This document shows, one piece after another, positions 30,811 to 42,700 of a DNA stretch of 64,000 nucleotides; position 1 is the first letter of the stretch; every line of letters begins with the position of its first letter. The position numbers and the translations under genes are program-made. Under the pieces are notes generated by a model. That model searched no databases, was not told where the DNA came from, and saw nothing but the letters and a program-made list of their open reading frames with translations. The stretch spans positions 62,001 through 126,000 of IMG/VR virus record IMGVR_UViG_3300005941_000003; one strand, 5' to 3'.

Positions 30811-33800
30811 TTAGCCAAGCATTACTGCTTCGATTTCGTCGTCTTCTGATAGAATGAACTGATCGAATGTAATACCAGTTGATGATACTAAATATTCAGT
30901 TGGACGAAGTAGTAGACGGTTTAGATAAACTGAATACATATCTTTGTCTGACAAGTTGAAACCTAGTGTAGCCCATGAGAATTCTGGGTTAGCACCTGAG
31001 TTTGCTGTTGCCGCAGCCGTTGAAACTGTATACACTGATGAGTGTGTCATTGAGATAGCATCTTTAACCGCTGTGTTGAAGTCAGAGACTTGTGACGCAA
31101 CGATTGAGATTGCAGTTTGACCTGCTGCTGTTAGCTGACCACGTGTGTTAACAGTAAATGATGATACTGAATCCGCTGCACCGTATGAGCCGGCTGTTAC
31201 CGCTGTATCTGCGATGCCAACGTTGTCTGCTACAATACTTAGACCGCGATCAACATTAACTGCTAGTGTAACATCACCTGTTACGCCACCACCAGATAGA
31301 CCATTACCCGCTGTAACTGATGAAATATCACCCGCATCGTTTGTGAATGAAATTACGCCAGTTGTTTCGTTGTATGAAAGGTCACCTGATACTGAGATTG
31401 CCGCTCTTGCACGTGCATCTGTGAAGTATACATTTGTTGAACCTTCTGTAACGTCATCGGTTGTACCTGTTAGTTCTGATAGCTGATCCTTGCCTGCAAC
31501 CGCTGCTGAAATTGCGTTGTCAACTTCTGTCATAGTATAAGCATTAGTGATGCCATAACCTGCAACAGTTGTCGGTTTTTCAGTTAGTGAATTGAATGAC
31601 ATATCCTGTGTGAATGAGAATTCACCAGTTGTTGCATTGTATGAAATGTCACCACCTGCTGCTAGAAGTCCGCGAATTTCTGAGTCAGTACGTTCTGTGT
31701 ATGAGAACACACCAGTTGATTCATTATATGATAGTGAACCACCTGCTACCACCGCGCCACGCGCACGTGCAGTTGTAAAGTATAGGTTTGTACCTTCTAC
31801 TAGATCATCAGTGTCGTGGTTTGAAATGTCTGATACTTGACCAGTTACATTACCAACAAACGCACCAGATGTGTGTACGTCTAACGCGCCAAATGTCCAA
31901 CGATCATTTGCTTCGTCCCATACGAACTGTACATTAGTTTCCGAACCGCGATGAATTTCAAAACCTGCACTCTGCGTTGGTACGCCGATTGCATTTGAAT
32001 TTAGCAGAATGATGTTGTCTGCTAGTTCAATTGTTTCTGTATTGATCGTTGTAACTGTACCAGATACAGTAAGGTCACCAGTTAGTACTAGATCGTTAAA
32101 TTGAACGTTACTTGTAGTACTTAGTGTTGATGATAGGTTTGCGATTGCACTTGTGATTGCTGTTTCACGACCATCAGTGTATGCATTTGCTGATGTGATT
32201 GCATCTGCTTCCGCTGTATCTGCATATGATTGCAGTGATGTAGTTGCTGTCGCAATAGCTGATGAGATATCGCCTGCAACCGCTGACTGCGCTCTTGCAT
32301 TTGTGAAGTATAGATTTGTTGTACCTTCTGAAAGGTCATCTGAGTCCACCGCTGCAAGATTTGTAGCAAAGTTTGCGTCACCACGTGCTGATGTCCAGTA
32401 TAGGTTTGTTGTACCTTCACTTAGATCATCTGTTGTTGATGAAGCAAGGCCTTGTGTAGAAATAACACCGGTTGTTGCATTGTATGAAAGATCGCCTGAT
32501 ACCGAGATTGCCGCTCTTGCACGTGCATCTGTGAAGTAAAGATTTGACGAACCTTCAGTAATTTCGTCTGTGTTATCCTTACCTGCAACTGCTGTAGCAA
32601 TTGCACTTGTATATGCAGTTGTGATAGCTGTTTCACGGTCATCTGTGTATGCCTTTGCATCAACTAGTGCTGCATTTGCTTTTGAAGTTGCATCTGTACT
32701 TGCCGTTGAGATTGCACTTGTTACCGCATTCGCACGTGCTGTTGCTTCTGTTGCAACAATACCATCTGCATATGCGTTTGCTGCTGTTTCTACCGCGTCT
32801 GCTTTTGAAGTTGCATCCAGTGCTGCCGCTGCAATAGCTTCTGTCTTAGCTGTATTAGCTTTTGAAGTTGCATCTGCCGCTGCTGTTGAAATTGCACTTG
32901 TAACTGCCTGTGAACGTGCTGTTGTTTCTGCTGAAACAATACCATCTGCATATGCCTTTGCATCTGCTTCCGCTTGGTCTGCGTATGCATCTGATGCTGT
33001 TTTTGAAGTAGCAATTGCACTTGTGTATGCAGTTGTGATAGCTGTTTCACGACCATCTGTGTATGTTTTCGCACTTGCAATCGCATCAAGCTCTGCTTGG
33101 TCAGCATATGCTTGTAGTGATGTTTCAAGTGTTGAACGTGCAGATGTTGCATCTGACGCAAGTGTTGTGATTGCACTATTCAAGTTACCATCTGCACTTT
33201 GGAATGCTGCAACGATTTCTGTTAGTGAATCTAATGCTGCGGCATCTGTGTTTGAGATTACATTTGCCACACTTGTTTGAAGTGTTGCAATATCATCTTC
33301 GGTTGCTGTAACACGAACATCTAGTGCTGCATCCGCATCCGCACGTGCTGTTGCTTCCGTTGCAACGATACCATCTGCATATGTCTTTGCATCTGCTTCC
33401 GCTGCATCCGCATATGCATCTGATGCTGCTTTTGAAGTAGCAATTGAACCTGTGTATGCAGTTGTGATAGCTGTTTCACGGCCATCTGTGTACGCTTTTG
33501 CATCAACTAGTGCTGCGTCTGCTTTTGAAGTTGCATCTGCCGCTGCTGTTGAAATTGCATCTGCTTCCGCTTGATCAGCATATGACTGTAGTGATGTAGT
33601 TGCTGCTGAAACTGCTGATGTGATGTTACCTGAAACTGCCGCTTGCGCTCTCGCAGTTGTGAAGTATAGGTTGGTTGAACCTTCACCTAGGTTGTCAGTT
33701 GACTTGTTACCGAAATCTGTGTCAAAGTTTGATGATTTATATGTTGTAACTGATAGTACGCCTGTACCATTGTTATATGATAGATCACCACTTACTGAGA

Positions 33801-35355
33801 TTAGACCACGTACTTCTGCGTCTGTACGTTCTGTAAATGATAGAACACCAGTTGTTGCGTTGTAACCTAGATCACCCGATACTGAGATTGCCGCTCTTGC
33901 ACGTACATCTGTGAAGTATAGGTTTGAACCTTCTGCTAGATCACTTGTATCTGATGATGCCAGACCTTGTGTAGAAATAACACCAGTAGCTGCGTCATAT
34001 GATAGATCACCTGATACTGAGATTGCATTTCTTGCTCTTGCATTTGTGAAGTATAGGTTTGTTGAACCTTCTGCAACGTCATCTGTTGAACCTGATAGTT
34101 CTGATAGCTGATCTTTACCTGCAACTGCTGAATCTACATATGACTGTGTAGCATATGAGTTTGCTGTTAGATATGATGCAACACGTGCATTTGTGAAGTA
34201 AAGGTTTGTTGAACCTTCACCTAGACCATCTGTTGTTGATGCTGCAAGATTTGTAGCAAAGTTTGCGTCACCACGTGCTGATGTCCAGTAAAGATTTGTA
34301 CCTTCTGCTAGATCACCTGTGTCTGCCGCTGCAATGTTTGTAGCAAAGTTTGCGTCACCACGTGCTGATGTCCAGTAAAGATTTGTACCTTCTGCTAGAT
34401 CACCTGTTGATGTTGGCATTGCATAGTAGTTTGAGCCGTTGTTTGTAAACTGCCACTGATTTAGAGTTTCGTTCCAACGAACCTGAACTGCAACATCATC
34501 ACCACGTAGTACACGAATACCAGCATTTTCTGATGGTGTACCTGATGTGAAATCTGAGTTAAGGTCAATAATGTTGTCCGCAACTGACAGTGTTTGTGTG
34601 TTTATTGTTGTTGTAGTACCGTTGATTGTTAGGTTGCCACCGATAGTAACATTTGATGAGAATGTACCAGTTGTACCTGAAATTGCACGTGTTCCGCCAG
34701 TGATTTCTGAAACGATTTGTGCATCAACGTATGACTTGTTTGCAGCATCACCTGATGAAACTGGTGTAGCAACTTGCTTAATTAGTGAGCCGTTCATATC
34801 GATGTGATCACCGATCTGAATATCACCTGAAATTGAATTTAGTGAACCTTGAATTTGAATACCGTTTGAGCCTACTAGTTGTAGAGCACCTGTACCTAAT
34901 GTTTCAACTTTAATGTTCTGGTTTGTATCCGCTGACATGCGAATTGTACCCGCAGAGTCTTCAAGAACTTTTGAACCGTTAATGTAAAGTGAGCCAGGAC
35001 CGATATATGCATCGCGCCACATCATTGTTGGTGAACCCAAGTCATAAGTGATGTTCGCTGATGGAATAATGTGACCTGTCATTCCTAGGTCACCGATAAT
35101 TGTCACGTCACCATTAAATGATGATGTTGAGTTAACTGATAGTGTACCACCAATAGCAACGTTTGAAGTAAACGTACCTGAAGATGCTGACGAAGCTGCA
35201 CCTTCACGTGCTAGAGGGAAACCACCAACTGTACTACCATCGTGTACGACAAGCGTTTTCTTGTCTGTATCAACTGTAACTTCGCCCATAAGGCCTGTGA
35301 ACGAGTTGTGTTGTGTTGTTGTACCACGACGGAACTGAATTGCATATGCTGCCAT
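30811..35355 (-). CDS. Long fibre protein (1514 aa): Mtd-like N-terminus, 11 TDDLxEGxxNLY repeats, coiled-coil middle
   Basis: IQFRRGTTTQH...GEVTVDTDKKTLVVHDG N-terminus; repeats counted from the translation. Confidence 0.8.
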   Translation of the reverse strand: MAAYAIQFRRGTTTQHNSFTGLMGEVTVDTDKKTLVVHDGSTVGGFPLAREGAASSASSGTFTSNVAIGGTLSVNSTSSFNGDVTIIGDLGMTGHIIPSANITYDLGSPTMMWRDAYIGPGSLYINGSKVLEDSAGTIRMSADTNQNIKVETLGTGALQLVGSNGIQIQGSLNSISGDIQIGDHIDMNGSLIKQVATPVSSGDAANKSYVDAQIVSEITGGTRAISGTTGTFSSNVTIGGNLTINGTTTTINTQTLSVADNIIDLNSDFTSGTPSENAGIRVLRGDDVAVQVRWNETLNQWQFTNNGSNYYAMPTSTGDLAEGTNLYWTSARGDANFATNIAAADTGDLAEGTNLYWTSARGDANFATNLAASTTDGLGEGSTNLYFTNARVASYLTANSYATQSYVDSAVAGKDQLSELSGSTDDVAEGSTNLYFTNARARNAISVSGDLSYDAATGVISTQGLASSDTSDLAEGSNLYFTDVRARAAISVSGDLGYNATTGVLSFTERTDAEVRGLISVSGDLSYNNGTGVLSVTTYKSSNFDTDFGNKSTDNLGEGSTNLYFTTARAQAAVSGNITSAVSAATTSLQSYADQAEADAISTAAADATSKADAALVDAKAYTDGRETAITTAYTGSIATSKAASDAYADAAEADAKTYADGIVATEATARADADAALDVRVTATEDDIATLQTSVANVISNTDAAALDSLTEIVAAFQSADGNLNSAITTLASDATSARSTLETSLQAYADQAELDAIASAKTYTDGRETAITTAYTSAIATSKTASDAYADQAEADAKAYADGIVSAETTARSQAVTSAISTAAADATSKANTAKTEAIAAAALDATSKADAVETAANAYADGIVATEATARANAVTSAISTASTDATSKANAALVDAKAYTDDRETAITTAYTSAIATAVAGKDNTDEITEGSSNLYFTDARARAAISVSGDLSYNATTGVISTQGLASSTTDDLSEGTTNLYWTSARGDANFATNLAAVDSDDLSEGTTNLYFTNARAQSAVAGDISSAIATATTSLQSYADTAEADAITSANAYTDGRETAITSAIANLSSTLSTTSNVQFNDLVLTGDLTVSGTVTTINTETIELADNIILLNSNAIGVPTQSAGFEIHRGSETNVQFVWDEANDRWTFGALDVHTSGAFVGNVTGQVSDISNHDTDDLVEGTNLYFTTARARGAVVAGGSLSYNESTGVFSYTERTDSEIRGLLAAGGDISYNATTGEFSFTQDMSFNSLTEKPTTVAGYGITNAYTMTEVDNAISAAVAGKDQLSELTGTTDDVTEGSTNVYFTDARARAAISVSGDLSYNETTGVISFTNDAGDISSVTAGNGLSGGGVTGDVTLAVNVDRGLSIVADNVGIADTAVTAGSYGAADSVSSFTVNTRGQLTAAGQTAISIVASQVSDFNTAVKDAISMTHSSVYTVSTAAATANSGANPEFSWATLGFNLSDKDMYSVYLNRLLLRPTEYLVSSTGITFDQFILSEDDEIEAVMLG

Positions 35356-35466
35356 ATTTTTCTCCCGTGTAAATGTTTTAAAATCGATTTTAATAGAGGC
35401 GCAGAATCAGGGAACGCTGTGCCTCTATTGTATTTATCGACTATTACATCAAGAGTTATATAACTA

Positions 35467-38400
35467 TTAAATTATGACAACTTCGATTATCTTCATACCA
35501 TCTGTTAAATCTTCTGTGATTGACTTTGCGAATACTGATCTTCCCATATCTATTTTTCCTACAGATTTAGCGTAACCGGCAACCGTTGAAGTTACTAGTA
35601 AGTCGCCTTTGCGCACAGGTCCTACTACTTTACATGGAACTCTACCACGAAGTGCAACATATGGGTGTGTTTGCGAATTACCAGCTTGTGAGTTTAGTTT
35701 TAAAGCAGGATTTGTCGAAATTACACCCGCAACTGCTACATCTAAATCAGTTGTCGTAGTTGTGATTTCTGCTTCCCCACCGAACACCACTACCGTACCC
35801 GGTTCATATGGTGCATCACTTGCATATCTTTCTGCAAGGTCGGCATATGTTGCTTCTACGGTATGACCATAAATTGTTGCAAATTGATTTGTAGCTGACC
35901 CGATACTATACGTATTATCTGAAACGGGGACAATATCAGTGTTAACGTCTGCTAATATAACTTGCGTACTATTCCATAACATGTTATTATTAACATCAGC
36001 ACTTAATGCATTATCACCAATATTTACAGTTGTTGTTGATAACCATAGCTCATTCCAACGATTTGTGCTTGAACCCAAGTTATATGTAACGTTTGCACTT
36101 GGGATGATATTACCTGTCATCGTCAAGTTGCCAACCATAGTGTCATCTGTGTCACTACGCAAGAATTGAGTACTATCTATTCCGTCCAGTAATTCTGCAT
36201 TTGTGGCAGTAGTAATAGTACCACCAGAAATTTGATAACCAACATGACGAACTAATGCAGTATGTCCCGCAGGTAACGAGGTAGTAAAATACAATGTTGT
36301 ACCGCTGACGGTATAATCATCTGTTGGAAGTTGTGTAACACCGTCAATGGTAACAATAATCGCAGCCGAACTTCCGGGAGCCGAACTTAACGTATATTGT
36401 GATGCACCAGTACCGACAATTTTATCAAATGTAACTGTTGGAACATTTGTCAAATTGTTGAAGTGTACTGCACCAGTACCATCACCTGATAATTCCGTTC
36501 TAAGAACATCAACTCGCGCATCCGCTCTAGTATCAGTGTAATAAAGATTTGTGGTCCCTTCACTTAGATTATCTGTTGTGTTATTTGATAGATCATCTTC
36601 TATACCATCGATAGTTAATGTACCGTTAACATCGTCATATGTTACAGTAATTGCAGTGCCGCCTTGTATTAGTGCTGCAACTCTATCATCCACACGTTCA
36701 TCCGTATAATAAAGATTTGTTGTGCCTTCGTTTAAATCATCTGTTGTGTTATTTGATAGATCATCTTCGATTCCATCAATTGTAATAGTATTAGCAACAT
36801 CATCATATGTGATTGTTATATTAGATCCGGCAACAAGCGCACTCGCCACTGCATCTTGCGCTCTTTCGTCAGTGAAATAAAGATTTGTCGTGCCTTCATT
36901 TACACCATCTGTGTCACCAGTGAACACCCCCGCTGTTCCTAGTTCTACATAGAATGATCCATCATTTGTGAATTCCCATTTGTCTGATGTTTCATTCCAT
37001 CTAATATCTACTTTAGGAGAACTGCCTCGATTTATTTCAAAGCCGGCATTTTCTGTAGGAGCAGTTAATGCATCCAGATCACTGTTTAGCGTAATAATGT
37101 TATCCGCTAACAGAATTTCTTGCGTATTGACCGTAGTAGTTGTACCAGATACCGTAAGATCACCTTGAATAGTTACGCTACCATTCGCCTGAATATCATG
37201 GAATGTTACATTTTCAGTTGTTGATACATCCTGACCGATAGAAATGACACCTGAAACTTGATCATATATCACACCAGTTCCACCAGAAATACTCGCTCTA
37301 ACTTGTGTTAACGTTGGTCCGGACACTGTTACCACACCAGTGACATTATCGTAAGAAACTACACCATACGGTGAAGTATCTACCACCGATATTGAGGCTC
37401 TTGCTCTCGCATCGGTATAATAGAGATTAGTACCTTCTGTTAGATCACTTGTAGTTGATAACGCTAAGTTTGTTGCAAAATTTGCATCACCGCGGGCTGA
37501 TGTCCAATATAGGTTTGTTGTGCCTTCGTTTAAATCATCTGTTGTATTATTTGATAGATCATCTTCGATTCCATCAATTGTAATAGTATTAGCAACATCA
37601 TCATATGTGATTGTTATATTTGAGCCGCCTACTAGTGCAGAAGCAACTGCATCTTGCGCTCTTTCGTCAGTGAAATAAAGGTTAGTTGTACCTTCTACTA
37701 GATCATCCGTAGTATTACCAGTCAGACCGTTCGCTGCAATTGTAAGTGTATTAAAAGTGTCATCATACACCAATGATATATTTGTACCAGCAACCAATAG
37801 GGATGCAACTCTGTCATCAACCCTTTCATTTGTAAAGTATAGGTTTGTTGTACCTTCGCTTAAATCATCTGTTGTATTATTTGATAGATCGATACCACCA
37901 GTTGCTGAGACAGAAATTGTAATAGTATTGGCAACATCGTCATATACGATTGATGTGTTTGTTCCTGCAACAAGCGCACTTGCAACTGCATCCTGCGCTC
38001 TTTCATCTGTAAAGTATAAATTGGACCCTTCTGCTAAATCTGTAGTTGAGTAATTTGTAAGGACACTCGTTAGGTTTGCACCATCACCTGTGAAATATGT
38101 CGCGTCAACATATCCAGCTGCCGTTACATTGTCAACAGCAACAGAAGCAAAATTAAAGGATGCATCTCCGACATTTATACTTTGGCCTGGTTCTGGGGTG
38201 TAACCATCGAAGAACTTAAATACGCCATCGGTTGCATCACGGAAAACACCAGTATGAGCATATGTACCATCATTATAGTTACCAACCCAACCCAAATCTG
38301 GATTTGTCACAGTAGATCCGACGTTTAGATAAATCATATTATCTTCAATTGCAAGTTCCGTAGCATTAATAGTTGTAGTGGTACCATCTACTGTTAGGTT

Positions 38401-39057
38401 TCCACTTATAACAACGTTACCAGTTGCAGTGATATCATTAAATGTGGGATTTGCAGTTGTTGCCACTGACTGTGCAATTGATATCTGACCGTTAGAAATT
38501 GAAACGCCAGTTCCCGCACTAAAATGCGCTCTAACTTCTGTAGCAGACGGTCCTGTATAGTTTATCGCGCCCGTAGCAGAGTTATAAACCAGAGAACCGT
38601 CACCACCTAGATCATTCACACTAATAGAACTTCTTGCTCTTGCTTGTGTGAAATATAAGTTTAAACCCTCAGTTAAATCATTTGTCGTCTTTGTCGCTAA
38701 TGCACTATCAAATCTCGCAGTGGTATAATATAAATTTGTACCTTCGGGTATGTTCGTTGTTGTTAGTGACACAGCACCAGTCTGACTGTTAACACTAGTT
38801 ACCGCACCGGATGCATTGAAACTTAGAGAGTTTGCAACATCATCGTATGTGATAGTAATGTTTGTATGTGTGCCTGCTGCAATTAAATCTGCAACAATGT
38901 CTTCGACTTCCTCTGTTACCATTCTGTCTACAAATACTAGATTGTTACTTCCATCAATCGACAGAACTTGGCCAGCGTATCCAGGGACAACATTTAACTT
39001 ATAAACGTCAACTGCGTTATCATCGATAACAAAATTTGTAATTCTAGTTGTAGCCAC
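35467..39057 (-). CDS. Long fibre protein (1196 aa): 10 NLY repeats and a C-terminal chaperone-like domain
   Basis: Repeat content; C-terminal ATYADLAERY...GRVPCKV. Confidence 0.8.
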   Translation of the reverse strand: MATTRITNFVIDDNAVDVYKLNVVPGYAGQVLSIDGSNNLVFVDRMVTEEVEDIVADLIAAGTHTNITITYDDVANSLSFNASGAVTSVNSQTGAVSLTTTNIPEGTNLYYTTARFDSALATKTTNDLTEGLNLYFTQARARSSISVNDLGGDGSLVYNSATGAINYTGPSATEVRAHFSAGTGVSISNGQISIAQSVATTANPTFNDITATGNVVISGNLTVDGTTTTINATELAIEDNMIYLNVGSTVTNPDLGWVGNYNDGTYAHTGVFRDATDGVFKFFDGYTPEPGQSINVGDASFNFASVAVDNVTAAGYVDATYFTGDGANLTSVLTNYSTTDLAEGSNLYFTDERAQDAVASALVAGTNTSIVYDDVANTITISVSATGGIDLSNNTTDDLSEGTTNLYFTNERVDDRVASLLVAGTNISLVYDDTFNTLTIAANGLTGNTTDDLVEGTTNLYFTDERAQDAVASALVGGSNITITYDDVANTITIDGIEDDLSNNTTDDLNEGTTNLYWTSARGDANFATNLALSTTSDLTEGTNLYYTDARARASISVVDTSPYGVVSYDNVTGVVTVSGPTLTQVRASISGGTGVIYDQVSGVISIGQDVSTTENVTFHDIQANGSVTIQGDLTVSGTTTTVNTQEILLADNIITLNSDLDALTAPTENAGFEINRGSSPKVDIRWNETSDKWEFTNDGSFYVELGTAGVFTGDTDGVNEGTTNLYFTDERAQDAVASALVAGSNITITYDDVANTITIDGIEDDLSNNTTDDLNEGTTNLYYTDERVDDRVAALIQGGTAITVTYDDVNGTLTIDGIEDDLSNNTTDNLSEGTTNLYYTDTRADARVDVLRTELSGDGTGAVHFNNLTNVPTVTFDKIVGTGASQYTLSSAPGSSAAIIVTIDGVTQLPTDDYTVSGTTLYFTTSLPAGHTALVRHVGYQISGGTITTATNAELLDGIDSTQFLRSDTDDTMVGNLTMTGNIIPSANVTYNLGSSTNRWNELWLSTTTVNIGDNALSADVNNNMLWNSTQVILADVNTDIVPVSDNTYSIGSATNQFATIYGHTVEATYADLAERYASDAPYEPGTVVVFGGEAEITTTTTDLDVAVAGVISTNPALKLNSQAGNSQTHPYVALRGRVPCKVVGPVRKGDLLVTSTVAGYAKSVGKIDMGRSVFAKSITEDLTDGMKIIEVVII

Positions 39058-39069
39058 TTTAGTCCCCTA

Positions 39070-42000
39070 TTATAATTTCAATACACATTCAACAAGTTTC
39101 TCTGCTGAATCGTTATTTGTTTCCAATGCGATTCCCACAAGTTGAGCACCATTAAATTCTACACTTGCACAACCATTGTAGTGTGCATAAACTGCTTCGC
39201 CTTTTCGAACCTGTCCTACAACTCTAACTGGAACTCGTCCTTTTAGAGCTATTGCTTGTCCATCTATTGTTTCGTTCATCAAGAATGCAGGTTTTTCCGA
39301 GATTACGCCAACTGGTATACTGGCTGTCCCACACTTTGTTATTTCGTATGCTTCATCATATGCAACCTGCATAACCGTACCAACTGGGTGATCGTATTCT
39401 ACTGTATATTTTTCCGCAAGGTCGGCATAACGTGCCTGAGTAGTAGTTGCTGTTATCAAGTTTGCACTAAAATTGCCACTTGCATCTCTGAATACTATTG
39501 TGCTAGGAGTATTTACAGATGTCGCGTTAGATGTCACCGTAAACGTTGTACCTTCACCCGCCGTTCCGGTTAGACCCAGACCGTTACCCGATACTGCTAC
39601 CGCGCCTGCATAGTTACCAGTAGTATCTGTTCCAAGTGCAACACTGTTTGCTGCAATAGTTGTAGCTATACTAATATTACCAGAACCATCTACTCCTGTT
39701 ACGGAACCAGTAACATCACCGGTTAAAGATAATGTCCTACTCGTTGCCCATGTTGTTGCAGTAGTAGCGTTACCGCTCAATGCTGCGGTTATTATGCCTG
39801 CTGAAAAATTACCACTTGCGTCTCGTAATACAATTCTATTTGCAGTATTAGATGATGTTGAACCATGTACAGACGTTGCAGTTTCATGGACATATGCCCA
39901 ATTAGATGATATAGATGTTGTCGTAGCGCCTGAAACCGAAGTATCATGAATTGGTCTCCACGTATCAGTATCAGTGGACGAGAATGTTATTGTTTTTGTA
40001 CCACTGTCAAATGCAACTGTAGTCGCGCCTGTACCTGCAAACCTAACTTGATTAGTTGCGTTAACTGCAAACTGTTGTGTGCCAGCAGAGTTCGCAACTC
40101 TCCAATCAGTAGTATCAGTGTAGGTTGAGTTAACTGTAATGGTGTTATCGGTAGCAGAATAACCAAGTGACACGTTAGTTCCTGCAACAAATGAAACTCT
40201 CTCGTTTGAAGAAATTTGCCCTCTATCTGTTCCAGCAACAGACAAGTTCCAACCACCATAATTATCATATGCGTGTGTATGACTAATAGGTGCATATCTT
40301 GCATCTGATTCTGTCTCTGTGAAATATCTACCATCGTGGGTATGACTATCGTTTGCTACTGTTGCAGCAATGTTGATTGTTCCATTGCCTAGATTTGTCA
40401 GAGTCGCATTGCCTGAACCAGAAACATCGCCACTTAGGTTTACAGTTACGATTGGGTCTGGCACATTCTGCAAATAAGACCAATCTACTGTACCTTCAAA
40501 TGACGCTGCTTGAACTATACCCAATGAGAAAGAAGCGTCACCGGTGTTAATATCTCCTTGAACCTCAGGATCGTACTCATCAAAGAATTTCCACTTCTCA
40601 TCTGTTACATCAAAGAATAAACCATTGTGCGTATACCCGACACCGCTTGTTCCAGTGTTTCTGTTGCCGGCAAATCCAACGTCAACGTTTACAGGTGCTG
40701 CCGTGCCACTCCATGTGTCATTCACCGCATGTCCGGTTGTTGCGTTGAATTCTATGTAAATATTGTCCGATAGTAATTGCTGTGCACCAGTTATCGCAAC
40801 ACCAGTTGCCTCTGTTGTTGAAAAATTGTCTAAACTCCACTCAAACGTGTCTGGTGTACCAGTTGAATCAATTCTTACGTAGAATGTTTTAGTTGTAAGA
40901 CCGTTGTAGTGTCCCACCAAAATAGCATCGTCTAAACCTGTACCAGTGTATATCGTGTTGGTATCACCTATAGTATCACCACTATTAAGATACATAAAGT
41001 TGTTTGAAATTTTAAGATTGTTAACTGATGAAATATTTTGTGATCCAAGAACTGTAAAATCACCACCGATAGTCAAGTTACCGTCAACTCGTGCATTTCC
41101 AGAGGTTCTTATTTCTTCGAATGAGTGTTGTTGTGTCGATACGTAGATAGAACCATCAGTTGCATCACTAACAACACAAATGCCAATTTCATGTGGGAAG
41201 TTTGGATATGTTGCGGCTGTAAGTTGTAATACACCATCAGATGGCCCTACGTGTACGTATCCGCCCGTAATAAGATTACTAGTGTTTAATCCGCGAACTA
41301 CACCTTTTGTTGTGACATAACCATAAGTACCTGCTTCAATATCGTGTGTCGCCAAACCTACTGCATTGTAGGTGTTAACAGAGTTGGCATTCGCAAGTGC
41401 AATTGTAGGCCAGCCGCTATTAGTACCAGAAATATAAACTGGCTTACCATTTCCAATAGTAGATGCAGTACCATTATATACACGTATCCATTGTTCTTGA
41501 CCGATCTGTAACGTAATGTCTGGTTCTTGGTTATATACTGCAAGAGTTTTGTTCACATTGTCGTAAAACAGCGTACCCTCTGCAAATGTAGGAGAACCTG
41601 TTGTAACATCAAAATGAATATGATCCAAACTTTCTACACTATTTGCAGTTATAGCATCGAATGTTACGTTTGCAGTTGTAGCAACATTCTGACCTATTGA
41701 AATTTCACCAGTTGTGTTATTATATGTTACTCCAGTCCCACCAGATAACGCGGCTCTTGCTCTAGTGTCTGTGTAATATAGGTTAGAACCTTCTGCTAAA
41801 TCTGTGGTTGTATTATTTGATAAATTGTCTTCAATGCCGTCAATTGTCAGCGTACCAGCAACATCATCATATGTTAATGTAATTGCTGTACCTGCTACCA
41901 AGAGGTTCGAAACTCTATCATCGACTCTTTCGTCTGTATAGTACAGATTGGTCGAACCTTCAGTCAAATCGTCTGTTGTATTACCTGTTAAACCATTTGC

Positions 42001-42699
42001 ACTTACAGTAAGTGTGCCCAATCCATCATCATATGTAATGTCAATATTTGTACCTGCAACAAGTAATGCTGCAACCCTGTCATCGACCCTCTCATCTGTA
42101 AAATATAGATTTGTCGATCCTTCTGGTAAGTCATCAGTGTTTGTGCCTATAAAATATCCAACAGTTGAATGATTTCCCCAACCGTAAGCTGTGTTCCAAT
42201 TTGAAATGTCAGTTGTCGCGATTGATTTTACATGCGCAGGGACAGTTGGGTCTGTTTCTGTCGTCAAATATCCAGCATCGTTTGCAAAAACAGATATATT
42301 GCTACCAGATACAACATAGTTTGAATCATTTACAAAAACGCTTACATTTGCACCAGAAGATACATATGCGACATCGTTATTGAATATTGATACGTTTGAA
42401 CCTGTTACTACATAACCGGGATTATTCGTAAACAGTGATAAATCGTCGCCTACAGAAACATATTGAGAGTCATTCGTGAAATACGACACATTTGTAGGTT
42501 CATTGTATGACAGATTTATTGTTCCTCCCTGCCCTAATACTATTGTGCCACCGCCCGACAAGTCTCCAGTAGTAGTTACAACAATTTGTTTATTACCTTC
42601 GACTACCAGACCTGCTGTTGGTCCAAATACATCTGAATTCAGATGATTATAATGAACCTCTGCATTTCCTAGAACTAATCCGCTTACTTTTGTTACCAT
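39070..42699 (-). CDS. Long fibre protein (1209 aa)
   Basis: 3 NLY repeats, HTHDGRY motif, C-terminal ARYADLAEKY...GRVPVRV. Confidence 0.8.
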   Translation of the reverse strand: MVTKVSGLVLGNAEVHYNHLNSDVFGPTAGLVVEGNKQIVVTTTGDLSGGGTIVLGQGGTINLSYNEPTNVSYFTNDSQYVSVGDDLSLFTNNPGYVVTGSNVSIFNNDVAYVSSGANVSVFVNDSNYVVSGSNISVFANDAGYLTTETDPTVPAHVKSIATTDISNWNTAYGWGNHSTVGYFIGTNTDDLPEGSTNLYFTDERVDDRVAALLVAGTNIDITYDDGLGTLTVSANGLTGNTTDDLTEGSTNLYYTDERVDDRVSNLLVAGTAITLTYDDVAGTLTIDGIEDNLSNNTTTDLAEGSNLYYTDTRARAALSGGTGVTYNNTTGEISIGQNVATTANVTFDAITANSVESLDHIHFDVTTGSPTFAEGTLFYDNVNKTLAVYNQEPDITLQIGQEQWIRVYNGTASTIGNGKPVYISGTNSGWPTIALANANSVNTYNAVGLATHDIEAGTYGYVTTKGVVRGLNTSNLITGGYVHVGPSDGVLQLTAATYPNFPHEIGICVVSDATDGSIYVSTQQHSFEEIRTSGNARVDGNLTIGGDFTVLGSQNISSVNNLKISNNFMYLNSGDTIGDTNTIYTGTGLDDAILVGHYNGLTTKTFYVRIDSTGTPDTFEWSLDNFSTTEATGVAITGAQQLLSDNIYIEFNATTGHAVNDTWSGTAAPVNVDVGFAGNRNTGTSGVGYTHNGLFFDVTDEKWKFFDEYDPEVQGDINTGDASFSLGIVQAASFEGTVDWSYLQNVPDPIVTVNLSGDVSGSGNATLTNLGNGTINIAATVANDSHTHDGRYFTETESDARYAPISHTHAYDNYGGWNLSVAGTDRGQISSNERVSFVAGTNVSLGYSATDNTITVNSTYTDTTDWRVANSAGTQQFAVNATNQVRFAGTGATTVAFDSGTKTITFSSTDTDTWRPIHDTSVSGATTTSISSNWAYVHETATSVHGSTSSNTANRIVLRDASGNFSAGIITAALSGNATTATTWATSRTLSLTGDVTGSVTGVDGSGNISIATTIAANSVALGTDTTGNYAGAVAVSGNGLGLTGTAGEGTTFTVTSNATSVNTPSTIVFRDASGNFSANLITATTTQARYADLAEKYTVEYDHPVGTVMQVAYDEAYEITKCGTASIPVGVISEKPAFLMNETIDGQAIALKGRVPVRVVGQVRKGEAVYAHYNGCASVEFNGAQLVGIALETNNDSAEKLVECVLKL

Positions 42700-42700
42700 A

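Noticed and set aside
35394-35427. Riboswitch-like hairpin in the leader of the 1514-aa fibre gene
   Set aside because: It is a single 11-bp stem with an A-C mismatch on the coding strand and no recognisable aptamer; at most a stability hairpin
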